NCBI RefSeq assembly: GCF_000372725.1
Contig: NW_005202428.1
Location: forward strand, 1,535,331-1,599,330
Origin: Emiliania huxleyi CCMP1516
Taxonomy: Eukaryota
DNA length: 64,000 bases
Reading direction: 5' to 3'
Numbering within the stretch: position 1 is the stretch's first letter; every line of letters starts with the position of its first letter. Shown one piece after another: positions 36,948 to 49,404 of the stretch. The position numbers and the translations under genes are program-made. The notes beneath the pieces were generated by a model. That model ran no database searches. It saw nothing but the letters and a program-made list of their open reading frames with translations, and was not told the origin of the DNA.

Positions 36948-38110
36948 TCACAGCTCCCGCGCGACGGCGTCGGTCGGACAGAGGGAGCGCCGGATCTCGA
37001 GGAGTCTGTCCAAGCTCACGAACGCACGTCCAGCCCGGCCGCTGCCGCCCTCTCCGCCGCCACCATCGCTGCCGTCCTCTCCGCCGCCACCATCGCTGCC
37101 GCCCTCTCCGCCGCCACCATCGCTGCCGCCCTCTCCGCCGCCACCATCGCTGCCGTCCTCTCCGCCGCCACCGTCGCTGCCGCCCTCTCCCGTTGAGAGG
37201 CTGCCGCAAGCGGCGTCGGCGGACGGCGTACCGCCCGTGCAGCTGCCCGCCCTTCCTCGCGCCGCGCCTCGGCGGCTGCCAGCGCAGGAAGGCGCTGCTC
37301 CAGGAAGGCCCCTGCGAGGCCCCTCGTGCAGCCGCCGCTCGTGGCGCGCCGCCCGCCCGAACCCGTGCGCGAGCCGAGCGAGGTTTCGGAAGGGGGCGCG
37401 CGTCCGCTCGTCAGGTCCGTCCTCGAGGTGTGGAGAGGCGAGCAGCACCTGAGCGAGTTTGTCGAAACTGATTGTTGAATCCCTCGGGCCCGCCCTCGAG
37501 GGAGAGGCGAGCAGCGCACCAGCCCGTCTCCGAACCTGCCGGCGACGATCGCCGGCGACCCCTCCATCGCCACCGCCGCCGGGCGAGCGCTCGACGCAAA
37601 GGTTGCGAGCACCTGCAGCGCCGCGCCGCCGCCCTCTTGCTCGAGCAGCTGTAAGAGTGGCCCGTTCGCATACCGTGCAATGACGGGCGCCGAAGGCCCG
37701 CCGAGAAGGTCCTGGCCGGCCGCAGTGAAGGCAACGCGGCACGGCGTCGCCTCAGCACCGACGTGGTCGATATCTCGCACAGACACCGGGAGCAGACCCA
37801 ACTCGCACCCGAGGAAGGCGCCGGCGCACACGCCGACGAACCCGCCGCCCGCGCGAGTCCACTCGCGAATCGCGGCGGCGCCTGCATCGCCTAGCCGAGC
37901 GAAGGTGTGCGGCGCAAACCCACCCGGGACCACAAGCACAGTGTGACCCGCGAGCCGGCCCGAGGCTACGTCTTCGCAGGAGAGCGTGGTGAAGGCCATG
38001 CCGGCCTCACCCGCCAGCCGCTCGCGCACGTCTGGCGCGGGGTAGCCGGCCTCGGAGGCCAGCTTGACCGGGTCGGGGAGGTACGCCACATGCTCTCCGC
38101 CGGCCCACAT
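36948..38110 (-). CDS. BPL_N / class I glutamine-amidotransferase-like domain protein (possibly the 5' part of the F-box/SET gene)
   Basis: VLVVPGGF...IREWTRAGGGFVGVCAGAFLG nucleophile elbow; YANGP; PAIVAGRFGDG|VLLASPHLE. Confidence 0.75.
37040..37190 (+). repeat. 30-bp coding minisatellite, about 5 copies
   Basis: Tandem GCTGCCGYCCTCTCCGCCGCCACCATC-like units encoding GSDGGGGE repeats on the minus strand. Confidence 0.85.
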
Positions 38111-38646
38111 TCATTCGCGGCTGGGTTCGGCTACTGAGGGGGCGGGGCGCGCTCACGTGGTCGCCAAGTGAGTGAGTGTCTTTCTCCCGGACCAGTCGAG
38201 ACCAGCCGGAATTGCCGTACGCGGGAGCGCTTCGCGCCCATAGGCAGGGGCTCGACAGCCCTCTAGGGGTGCCGGCGCCCTGCTGGGCGCCCCCCGCTAC
38301 CTGGTCAACGCCGCATCGAATGGCGGCGAGCGATCCGGGTACTCTTAACGGCGTTCATAGAAGCGGAGACCCTCGAGGTCGCCGCAGCCAACGGCCGCAG
38401 GTCTGTGCTTGACTGGCTGAGTGGCTGTGGGCAGCGCAACGCATAGTACACAAGTGGCAGGTGGCAGGTGGTCCTTCGAACGGGACTGGCGAGCGCTGGC
38501 ACCAGTGCTAAAAAGAAATACTGGTTACTCGAGGGCACCTTCGGCGAGTGGCTCGACGAGCAACCGTTCGAGGTGGAGCCTGCGGCTACCGCCCGGCTGC
38601 TCAAGCACTACACGGCGGAGAACCGAGGGACGCGAGCGGTTGCGAG

Positions 38647-41600
38647 ATGGCCCCCAAGCGCCAGCGCACTGCCAGTCCTGGTCAATCGCCGCACGCGGAG
38701 CACGCGCCGCCGCCGTCGGATGACGACGACGACAGCACGCAGGCTTTTGCAAACCTCGTCGACGATCCGATGAGCAGCTCGCAGATGAGCGTCACCGACA
38801 ACCCGACGCCGCGGCCGCACGACACGGTGAAAAGGAACCGCAGCAGCAGCAACGCGAACGCCGCGCTCGACGGCGGCGGCGGCAGCGGCGGCGGTCCATC
38901 CGAGGCGGTGCCCCTTGCCAAGGACAAGAGTATCCATGACCGCGTGCACGGCACGGTGGCGCTGCCGCCGCTGCTCGTCGCGGTGATGGACACGCCCCAC
39001 TTCCAGCGGCTCGATCAGATCCAGCAGCTCGGCGGCTGCCACTTTGTCTACCCGTCGGCAAAGCACTCCCGCAAGGCGCCCGCGGCTAGAGAGTGTTCTC
39101 CCTCGCCGCCGCCTCGGCCCAGAGCACTTCTCCGCCGGCTGCCTCTGCCGCGCCGCCCTCTCCTGCCGCGCCCTCGCCCGTCTCCAGCCGTGCCCTCTCC
39201 TCCACCCGCCCGCCCCCCGCAGGAGCACTCGATCGGCGTCGCCCACCTCGCGGGAACGCTTCTCAAGCACCTGCGCGTCCAGCAGCCCGAGCTGCAGATT
39301 TTGGAGGACGACGTGTTTTGGGGGCAGCTCGCCGGCCTTGTGCCCGACCTGGGGCACGGGCCCTTTTTGCACATGTAAGAGACCTTTTTCAAATGGCAGG
39401 GCGGGCTGAGAGGAGACCCCCCCCCCGACGATTCCGAGCGCACCCAAAAGGAACCGAACGGTCCCGAAAGTAGGCGGGCAGGAGGAACTCCCCCCCCCAA
39501 AACTCCCCCTGGGCAAAAAACCCGAGGGGGCGGCTGCCCCCGCGGCGCGGCTGCAACCCTGGGAGCCCGAGGAAATGTCGGTGGCCCTTTGACCCTTTGG
39601 GGTTTTGGCCCCCCCCCCCCCCCCTCTCCCTCCCCCCCTCCCTCCCTCCCCTTCCCCCTCTCCCAGCGGCCGGCATGGGGAAGGCCCCGCCCCTCACCAG
39701 AGGCGACGCTTGCGGGGAAGGTGCTTCTCTTCGACGACTTGCTCGACTCGAACCGGATCGAGCTCTCCGCCTACTGCAGCAGCGCCGCCTGCCCCGCCGA
39801 GCAGCGCCGCTTCGTCAAGGCGCTGCACCCCCACGGGGCTCGAGCCGGGCCCGTGTCTCGGCTACGCCTCGGCCATCTCGCGAGCCTCGGTCGGTCTAGG
39901 CGCTGGTCAAGGGGCTCAAGCCGGCCGAGGAGTGGCCGCAGGACATCGGCCGCGACAAGAGCAAGCGCTTCCTCTTCGACATCGTGTCAAACTCGCGCAA
40001 CGGCGAGATCAACCGAGATTGGCCGAGATTGGCCGAGATCAGCCGAGATCGAGCGAGATCGGGCGAGATCGGGCGAGATGACGCGAGAACAGCCGCGACA
40101 CGTCGTGAGCAAACTCGCGCAGCGGCGCCGTGTGGCAGCTCGGCGCTTCCGGCGCTCCCCGTTGGCACGCGAGACTAGCGGTGCACTCCCTCGCCGCCAG
40201 GCGTCGACGTCGACAAACTCGACTACCTTCTGCGCGATGCGATGGCGTGCCACGGCGCCTCGCGCCCCTTCGAGCTCTCTCGCCTCTTCGAGTCGACTCG
40301 CGTCATCACGCCGCACCCGGGTCCTAGATGCGGGAGCTACAGGCCCGTGCATTCCGAGTGGCACTCGAGAGGGCACGCATTGGCATCAGCTGGCATTCTC
40401 AGCCGCATTCCACCGCATGCGTAGCCCGTTGTAGCCCGTGTGTGCACGCCCGCAGCTTGGGCGTATTGGTGACCTTTGGGCGTATTGGTGACATAGGCAC
40501 TCGGATCGCATCCGCGGCGCGCGGTGGACACAGGATGGGCGTCTCGAGGGTGGCAGGCACACGCTCACGCACACCACGCACACCACGCGCGCGCACACCG
40601 GGAGGCTCCTCCTGTCTTTTGGACGTGGAGAGGGGTAGTCTGGCCTTGGCCCCATTAGCCTCGGGAGGAGTGTCCCCCCCCCCCCCCCCCTCCCCCTCCC
40701 TCCTAGGCGGGACCGGCCCGCTCGCGCGTCGGCCGACGCGGTGCAGGCGCAGGCGCAGGCGCAGATCTGCTTCCAGCTCAAGGCTGCAGCCAGCCTGGTC
40801 GAGACGTACTGACAGGTGGGACTCGACTCGAGGGTGAGGTCGTGTGAGTCAGGTGGCCACAGATTTGGTCGAGATCTACACGTTGCGCGCCAAGCTGCAC
40901 AAGAAGCTCTACCAGCACCACACCGCCAACGTCGCAGAGCTCATGATCACCGACGTGCGCTCGAGCTCGCCGCGAGCCGAGATCACCCGAGATCACCCGA
41001 GATCGCCCGAGATCGCCCGAGATCACCCGGCTCGGCGCACGCCAGCCGCTCGGGAAGGCGCGTCTCCTGATGCGCGCTTGGGCGTGAGCAGGTGCTCAAA
41101 CTCGCCAACGACCACTTCTCCTTCCGCGGCAGCGACAACGCCGCCACCACGCTCGCGCAGGCCGCCCTCGACCCGAAGGCGTTCGCGCGGCTCACCGACG
41201 CCATCCTCGACTCAATCTACGTCTCGCTTGAAGAGGGGCTCGACGAGGCGCAGGGGCTGATCGAGCGGATGAAGAAACGCGACTATTACCGCCAGATCGG
41301 CCGCTCGACGCAGATCTCGCCGCTGCCGCAGTGCTACTACTGCGGCGAGCTGACGGAGATCCGCAGCAAGTTCTGCGGCGCGTGCGGCAAAAAGTGCAAG
41401 GGTCGCCTTCACGTCAGCGAGAGGCCCGACGAGCCTCACGGCCCAAACAACCCGGCGGTGCCTCCTGCGGCTCGGCGCGAGGCGTGCCCGCATCGCAGGC
41501 GCCCTCACGCCCGCCCGCGCGCACAGGTGGCGCAGCTGATCGGCAAGCGGCCGCCCGACTTCGAGCAAGACATCCTAACGTTCGTCGACGAGGCGTGGCG

Positions 41601-42649
41601 CGCCGAGGCGGGGGAGGCCGTGCCACGAGCCGCGTCTCTCCACGGGGCTGCCGCTGGTAGGCGTGGCGCGGCGAGGTGGGCACCTGTTCCGACGTCGACT
41701 GGCGCGCCTCGGGCTCGGTCTCGGCGCCGAGCGCGGCGTGCGGTGAGCGGGGCTCATGCTGTAGGTGCGTCTGGCTCGTCGACATCAAGCCGCCCTCCTG
41801 CTCAAAGTGCTCTGTCCTCGGCGGCGACCACGGGGACAACCTCTACTGGCGCGTGTACGACCCGCTCTGGCGCGCAACAGCTGTCGCTCTAGCAGAGCTG
41901 TCGCGCCCCGCTGCGGCGCCCGACGCCGTCTGCCCACACGCGCGCGCGCCGGGCGTAGGAACACGGGCTTCTACAACCCGAAGGAGGAGGGGGAGCAGAA
42001 GGACTCGGTCCACTACGTCGACATGGAGTCGCAGATGTCGCCCGTGCAGCTGCCGCGCGCTAACCAGGAGCGCACCCGCCCGCCGCCCTCCACCCCTCCT
42101 CGTTTCGGCCACTGCACGAGCGCGGCGACGCGTCCACGGCACCCTCGCGGGAGGCGCTGAGATGACCCGAGATTACCCGAGATGGCCCGTGACGCGCCCT
42201 CGCAGGAGCGCACCCTCTACCTCTACCTCAAGAACGAGCGCACGCTGCGGGCGGGCGGGTCGGAGGCCCGCCTTCTCTCCGAGCTGCTCTTCGACGCGTA
42301 CGAGGCGCGGGCGGAAGCTGGTCGAGGCAACGGGGCGAGCCGACCCGAGATCACCCGAGATCACCCGAGATTAGGCGTGGACGAAGCGTCTCAAGGGCAA
42401 GGGGGCGACGAGCCAGGTACGGGGGGCCTGCGCCCCTCCCCCGCCCTTCTCCCCATCGCCCCTCTCCCGCATCGATCGCCTCTCTCGCTCCCTCTCCCCG
42501 CCCGATCTGCCGCCCCCGACCCTCCTCCGCTCCCAGGAGGGGAACCAAAACACGCCCACGCACACGCCAAGCCGCGCGCAGCGGCGGCCGGCGCAGGGCA
42601 AGTCGACGCTGCGGCCAATGAAGATGTTCACACCCGTGGGCGAGGGTGA
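38647..42649 (+). CDS. SAMHD1-like HD-domain dNTP triphosphohydrolase, multi-exon; 3' end approximate
   Basis: IHDRVHG...MDTPHFQRLDQIQQLGGCHFVYPSAKHSR|EHSIGVAHLA, LAGLV(P)DLGHGPF, FLFDIVSNSRNG|VDVDKLDYLLRDA, RAKLHKKLYQH, FARLTDAIL, LIERMKKRDYY. The HD segment lies in an error-rich stretch. Confidence 0.85.
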
Positions 42650-43176
42650 GGAGTCGACGGAGGCGCACCCTTCGAGCGAGCCGGGCGGCGACTGAGTGGC
42701 GCAATGGCGGCCGAGTAGCGGGCCGCGGTCGTGTGTGTGACGCGACCTACGTAGGCTCTGCGTTCAAATTGTGCCGAGAATTCTTCGGGAAAAGAATTCT
42801 TGAAGAACAAGCCTCTCTATAGACTGGCACGACAAGGGCGCGGACTGGCAAGCATAACGGACTCGGGGCCGGTGCTTTGACGCAGCACAGTGTGCTTCGT
42901 GGTAGCATGAACTCAGAACGGCCCCCCGAGAGCGCCTCTTCGACGCCCACGGGTCCCGGGGGGTCGGAGGGGTTGCGACAGAGGGCCCCGGCTATTTTTT
43001 GTTTGAATCCCGGAGGCCGTTCGAACATATAACGTGCGTTCCACGTGCCCGTCCACAGCTACGGACAACATGCTAGCCCAGCAGGCCGCTCCCACCGCCG
43101 CCCGCGGCGGAGGCAAGGCGGCAAAGGGCGGCAAGGGCGGCGGCAAGGGCGGTGGCAAGGGTGGTGGCCGTGGCGC

Positions 43177-43451
43177 ACCAGACCCGCTTTGCGCCGCCGC
43201 CCTCAACGCCCGATATACTCGGTTAGAGCCGGCGGAGCGACGGCGGCGGAGTTGCGGCCGCCGGTGACCTCACACGGTGTCGAGCGCCGTAGAGACGGCC
43301 CCGAGAGCCGCCGCCAGGTGTGCCACGACCGCCGCCGCGAGGCTCGTGGCGATGGATGCGCCAGACCCGCTTTGCGCCGCCGCCCTCAACGCCCGATACT
43401 CGGTCAGAGCCGGCGGAGCGACGGCGGCAGAGTTGCGGCCGCCGGCGACCT
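43177..43451 (+). repeat. ~93-bp direct repeat pair
   Basis: CCAGACCCGCTTTGCGCCGCCGCCCTCAACGCCCGATA...GCGGCCGCCGGYGACCT at about 43177-43270 and 43361-43451; the first copy has a 2-bp insertion. Confidence 0.8.
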
Positions 43452-44092
43452 TCCCCTCGACCACGCCGCCGACCCGTCGACAAGCACACGCGGACTGCCA
43501 TCGAGAAGAAGGAGAAGGAGCGCGGCGCATCCGGAGCCCGCGGGCGCGGCGTGGGCGGGCGCGGGCGCGGGCGGGCGCGCGGGAACCCCGCCAGCGGAGG
43601 CGACACAATGCCTCTGGCGGCTCTGCAGGCGGCGCGCGGCGCGCCCCTCGCCGGTCTCCCGCACGCTCCTGAGGGCCGAGAGGGCCGAGAGGCGGGGTTG
43701 GTGACCCGGGGGCATGGGCGGTGCGGCCCGCGCCGCGTGCGGGCGCGTGGCAGCCCGTGAGTGCCGAGATCGGGTCTGTGCTTCGACGTAGCATGGGCCC
43801 CCGGAGGCCCATCTACAGCAGCGGCGAAGTGAGCGTGTTTGTGGTGTTGGTGTGACGTCTGAGCTTGGATCTGTGACTAAAGCCGCTTACCACTGATGGA
43901 TCCCCACCCGAATAACACACAGTGAGCGCCCCAGCACTTCACTACGCCCTCCGCGCGAAATCGCTAGTGGTGCTTTGTGGCAGCACATTGTGCTTTGTGG
44001 CAGCACGGGTGCGGTGCCCGCGAGACCGAGAAGAATTCTCGCTGGGCTGGCCGACCATCCATCGCCCCGCCTTCGCCGCCGTGCCCAACACA

Positions 44093-45286
44093 ATGCGAAC
44101 ACTTCGCTCCGTGAAGGTGCACGCGCCGGCGGAGCTCAAGGCTGCCCTCTCGGACGTGCGCTCCGACGCGTCTCCCACCGACTGGGCTCTCTGCGCGCTC
44201 GAGCCCGACGGCAGCTCCCTGCGCCTGGTGGGCAAGGGCGAGGGCGGCGCGGAGGCGTTGGCTGCGCAGCTGTCTGACGACGCGGTCTTCTACGGCCTGG
44301 TCCGCCGGACGGACCAGATCGACAAGTCGACCACGATCAAGTTTGTGTTCCTCTCCTTCATCGGCTCCGCCCTCTCGACGATGAAGCGCGCCAAGGTGTC
44401 GACCGTGAAAGGCGCCGTCTCAGAGGTCTTCGCGCCCTTCCACGCGGAGCTGATGTCGGCGACCGAGCCGTCCGAGGTGACTTCAGCCACTGTGGACGCG
44501 CTCGTCCGCGAACTCGGAGGCGGCGCCGTGAGCGACGGACGGGCGGGCGCGGCCGCAAGCAAGAGCGGCGCGGCCGCAGAAGTTGCCACTGCCATCGGCG
44601 GGCGGCACAACGACGTCGGCGCCCACAAGACCAAGGCGGCGGTCATGGCTCCGCCGCAGCCGGCGGGGACGGCGGTGTCGCCCGCGGTGGCGGCAGCGAT
44701 CGCGGCCGTGCGCAAGGGCAGCGGCGGAGCGACGTGGGTGCTGCTGGGGTACGAGGCTTCGGGCACCCAGCTCAAGGTTGAGAGCACGGGCACGGACGGC
44801 GGCGAGTCGCTGCCCGCGGCCTTCGACCCGGCGAGCGCGCAGTGGGCGCTGCTGCGCACGGAGCACGAGATGGGGTCCGCCGAGGACGTGGTCCGGCCAA
44901 AGGTGAGAGACGCCGGAGGGAGGGAGGGAGGAGCGGTGAAACGGGTCGGGGGACGCATCCCTTGGTGCGCCAAAGGTGACGCGCTTCACGCTGCTCTCGT
45001 GGGTCGGAGAGCAGACGCCCCCGCTCCGCCGCGCCAAGCTCACGACGCTGCGCGGCGAGGCGCAGGAGGCGAGACGACGCCCAAGCCTTTCGCGCGCCTT
45101 CCTCTTCGCCCGCCACGCTCCCTTCCCTCCGCGCCTCTGTCTCACACGCCGCCCGGTGTCTGCTCCGCCCCCTCTGGGTGGCAGGTGCTCTCGCCCTTCA
45201 ACGAGGAGAAGCTCAACCTGAGCTCAGAGGCGGAGGCGGCCAGCGCGCTGCGGGAAGCGGCGGCGGCGGCCGCCGCCGCCTGCTAG
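44093..45286 (+). CDS. Coactosin-like actin-binding protein with two ADF-H domains, two introns
   Basis: AALSDVRSDASPTDWAL...GEGGAEAL...YGLVR...KFVFLSFIG...KRAKVS...FAPFHAEL; second domain ATWVLLGYE...|VTRFTLLSWVGEQTPPLRRAKL. Confidence 0.85.
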   Translation: MRTLRSVKVHAPAELKAALSDVRSDASPTDWALCALEPDGSSLRLVGKGEGGAEALAAQLSDDAVFYGLVRRTDQIDKSTTIKFVFLSFIGSALSTMKRAKVSTVKGAVSEVFAPFHAELMSATEPSEVTSATVDALVRELGGGAVSDGRAGAAASKSGAAAEVATAIGGRHNDVGAHKTKAAVMAPPQPAGTAVSPAVAAAIAAVRKGSGGATWVLLGYEASGTQLKVESTGTDGGESLPAAFDPASAQWALLRTEHEMGSAEDVVRPKVRDAGGREGGAVKRVGGRIPWCAKGDALHAALVGRRADAPAPPRQAHDAARRGAGGETTPKPFARLPLRPPRSLPSAPLSHTPPGVCSAPSGWQVLSPFNEEKLNLSSEAEAASALREAAAAAAAAC

Positions 45287-45610
45287 AGGCGGAAGGGGCG
45301 ACACGCTCCTCGGCCGCTTTTGCTAATCGTACGGGCGCTTGGGCGGGAGGTGCGGAATCGACCTATTTGGGCCGATCGAATTCTTTTTCTGAAGAAAAGA
45401 ATGTAACACTGACAACAGCAGAGCAGCATATCGTCAGATTGGATCTCACTCTGCCATCTCTGTCGCTGAGCATGGGCTGGAAGTGAATACGGCAGGAAGA
45501 TCCCCCACCACACACGTTGTGTTGCGCTGTGCATTTTCGGTACCACGGCGTGCTGGTGTTTCTTCATCTGAATTCGGCCGCGCGCGCGCGCTAGGGATCC
45601 CTCGCCAGGC

Positions 45611-48092
45611 ATGTTGCTGCTCACAGCTGCCCTGCTGCCGCCTGTGCCGCGAAGATCACTCGCAGCAGCCCGCGCGGCCGCTTTGCGAGCAGCTGCCACC
45701 GACGGAGAGTTGCCGCCGCCTGCAGAGGCTGACCCGACCGCCGCCTTTTTTGAGGAGGGATCGCCGTACGAGCTCGACTTGAATGTGCTCCAGGAGGTTT
45801 CGCGCCGCATGAAGGCGAGCGGCCGGCCTCCGCAGCAGCTCACCGCGGCGCTCAGCTCCACCGGCGAGCCAGCCTTCTCGGCGCCCGAACTCGTCCCTCC
45901 CAAGCCGCCACCCGGGTATGACGACGAGGGCGAGTACGACCGGCTGGACGCGCGAGACTTCTGGCACCACCGCCTGTACGGCGTCTTCCCCACCGCCGCC
46001 CGCCGCGACGCGGTCCTCGCCTTCCGAGAGCGGCTGCAGCCGGTAGTGCGCTGCTCGCTGGCGCTGCCACTCTTGCTCGGCTGGAGACGTCCCGCCGCCG
46101 CCGCCGCGCTGTCGCTTGCCCTCGCGCCGTGGGTGCACGCCGCGCTGCCGGGGGCACATCTCGCCCTGCAGGCGTGGCGAAACGCTCGCTCGCGCGCCGC
46201 GGGCAGGCTGCCGCAGGTACCGCCGTACCCAGCGGCGGGCGCCGCCGCCGCGCAGGGCGCGGCAGCCGCAGCAGCTGCCGCGCGCGGTGCTCCCTCCTCG
46301 TGGCTGCCTCGCGCGCGCGCGCCCGACGTGCTCTGCGTGGGCTACCTGCTCGCGGGCAGCGGCCTGGTCGCGGCGTCCGCACTCTCCCGCGTCGCCAACC
46401 CGCTCGAGCCTCTCGGTAGCGCACACACTTCCGAGACACGCGCCTCCGCCGCCTCAGTCACGCCGCGCCTCCTCCGCCGTTGCGCCACCGCGGGCTGTCT
46501 GCCCCCAGCCCTAAACCCGACCCAACCCTCCCCGGGCCGGTGGCTGCCGCGCTCGTGCTCAGCCTAGTTGTCTCGTCTGCGGGTGTAGGGCTGGCGCTCT
46601 CATCCCGCCTGGGCATGGGCGCGGCGCTGTGGCGCGAGAGGGACCTCTCCGATGACCTCTCCTCGGAGCCTTCCAAGACCCTTCTCGGGCCCCTTCTAGG
46701 TACTGGAGGGACCTCTCCGACGAGCTCTTCTCCGAACGCGGAGGAGTCGGCGCCTCCCGCTAGATGCCGAGCAGCACACACCCCTGCATTCAACCGGCGC
46801 CTCCAACGGCCATACTCGCGATTGGCGGTTCTCCCTCGTCTTCACGCCCAGGATTTCCAACAGCTTTCTGTATTAATGCAGCGCGCCAGAGCACTCGGCG
46901 CGTGTACTCGCACCCGGACGGGACGTGTCCACCAGGCGCCTCCCGCTTCCGCTGCTGGCGCCTCGTCGCCACGGCGCTCTGTGCCCTCGAGGCGGACGCC
47001 CTGGCACACAGTCCTCTCCCTGGAGCCCTCCGAGACCTCTCCCGGAGCCTTCTCTAGGCCGCCGCCCTCGCGCGCGCCCTCTCCGCCGCGCTGCAGGTGC
47101 CGATGGCGTCCGCCCTCACGCACGGGTGGGCGCGCGCGCTCCCCCACCCCGTGGCTGCTGCCACGCGCGCGCTGCTGACCGCGCCTGTCGCTCCGCTCCT
47201 CGCTCTCGCGCCGCCGGGCGTAGGCGCCGCGACCACTGCGGCCTCGGGCTCTCTGTGCGCGCGGCTGGGCGCGCTCTGCTACGGCCTGTACGGTGCCTGG
47301 TGGCTCTGCTTCCCGGCGGAGTCGCTCACCCGCCGCGATTGGCGGCCATCGCTACTGCCCGATCGGCCTCCCGTGCGCAGCCTCGGCTCGTGGCTGCTGC
47401 TGCGGCTGCGCGTTGCCGCGCCCGAGCCGGCGGGCGAGTCGCTCGTCGCCGCCACGTCGGTCGCGAGTGTGCGCGAGCAGCCGCTCGGCGTGTGGGACGC
47501 AAAGATCGGCCACGGCTTCCCCTCCGCCGTCTGCCGCCTCTCCCCTGTCGCTGGCGACGAGGATGCACTCGATTTGCCGGCGCCTCTCGGCCGATCCCGC
47601 GCGGACCCGCCCTCCCCGTCCGGCGCAACCGCCCCCTCCCGCCACGCGCAGGCACCTTCGCCGCTCCAGGCGCTCGAGCTCTTCGACTTGCTACACAAGG
47701 AGTCGTTCGACGACGACGCCGCCGCGCTGGTTGCGCCCGACTGGCGCGAGGACGCAGAGGCCGCGCTGGCGGCCGCGAGGGCGGCGGCTGCGACCGGGCG
47801 CACGGAGGTCTTTCGGGCGGAGGACTATCTGGCGGGCGTGCCGGACGCCGACCGAATGAGCGAGGTGCAGAAGCTCAGGTTCCAGTTGATGGCGTGGGCG
47901 TCCAAACCAAACCCAAAGTACGAGAACAAGAGGCTCAAGCTCAAGGTCGACCTCGGGCGCGACACGCCGCTGGAGGCGGGGCAGGAGGCGCCAGGTGCGC
48001 TGGGGCTGGGTGACCGCGCGGGTCCAGAGGTGGCGGATACGTTGGGCGGCGACGATGGGTGGACACTGGCGGGCCCCGATGTGACGGTTTGA
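45611..48092 (+). CDS. Hypothetical multi-pass membrane protein with a plastid-targeting-like N-terminus, multi-exon
   Basis: MLLLTAALL leader plus an Ala/Arg-rich transit-like segment, several hydrophobic stretches, and coding-like ORFs 45611-46567 and 47097-48092. No family recognised. Confidence 0.5.
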
Positions 48093-49404
48093 ACTTCACG
48101 GTCTCCCCGTGTGCGTGCGCTGTGTGGGAGTCTCGACGAGAAGTCAGAAGACGATATAAGAGATTATAGAGCCGCCGGCCGTAGAGAGTGACGTGTGTGA
48201 GTCGCAGACGAATCGTGAGCGTGACCGCGTCGTGCGTCGCGGTGACCGATGAGGGTGTGCGCGGTGCGGACCGGTGTAGAATCGGCCCGCTGGACTTCAG
48301 ATACCAGTACTTCTCTCTCCACATGCAGCCCCACCGACGTACCGCGGCCACTAGCAGGCTACACGCGCGGCTCTACACCCACACGTAATCAGACTCGGAA
48401 TCACACACACCTACACGCTACGACCTGCTCGCGGTACGTCGGTGGATGAATCTGAAGAACGCGAGTTGTCTGACGGCAGTCCCCGTCCATGCATGTGCTG
48501 TGCAGGTGTGTCTTCCCGGCAGTCTCGGTGCTCGAGTCTCCCCGGTGATAGGAGGGGATATTGAATCGCAGCGACAATTGCGCTTTGACCAAGATTCTTC
48601 TAACTCTAGGAAGTGAGCGGAGCACGCCACAAACTCCAGGACGTGCCACCTGTCGTGACCCCCTGGAACACCCGTACCCCCGCACCATCTCCGTCGCTTG
48701 GTTCTATAACCTTGCCACCACACCGGGAGCGGCCAGGCAGGGCTTCATAGACTCGGTCGAGAGACCCCAGATTGGCATCCATGCCTTTCTGGACAGGGTG
48801 GCCCGCCACAAGGACCCCAGGAATTGCGACTCGCCGCTTTCCTCCCGCTGTGATTCTGTGTGAGCTATATGTGTCTTGACGTTTGCCAACAATACACCTA
48901 AGGGCTATAAGGACGTGCCACCTGGACGGCACCCCTCCTCTTGCTTGTCCCGCCAAACCTTCTCAGCTTTGCCGAGGCGAGAGTACTTGCCACCCGAATT
49001 CCGGCTTTTTTATTTTTTCATACTATTACGCTATTAGTACCGCGACAATGGTGAAACTTCTTGAAGGCACACACACCACACCAGAGCGCAGTTCAAGGAT
49101 CCCGCAGCTCTCCTTCCCCCCCTCCTCCCGCGCCCCTACCATCTTGGTTGGCGCGACTCCGCGGCGTTCGTCCTGTCGACGAGCCCAAGCGTGCCCCCCC
49201 CCCCCCCCCCCCGGGGGGCAGTTCAAGGGTTCGGGAGTTTTTTTTTCCCCCCTCTTTCGGGGCCCTTACCATTTTGGTGGGGGGGATTCCGGGGGGTTTG
49301 TCCTTTGGAGGAGCCCAAGGGGGCCCCCCCCCCCCCCCCCCCGCCCCCACCCCTCCCTATCCTCCACGCCAGACTCTTGTGGGTCCGCGAGTCTCGCACG
49401 CCCT

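Noticed and set aside
39310..39700. Apparent inactivation of the SAMHD1-like gene (HD read as PD, TAA after GHGPFLHM)
   Set aside because: The stretch is full of homopolymer-extending substitutions typical of low-quality reads, while flanking exons are well conserved. Sequence error is more likely than a pseudogene.
43070..43500. Small Gly/Lys-rich ORF with a duplicated segment
   Set aside because: Frameshift between the repeat copies and no recognisable domain; recorded only as a repeat.
49190..49350. Poly-C/G/T-rich segment suggesting a G-quadruplex or special element
   Set aside because: Same low-quality-read signature; it cannot be interpreted.
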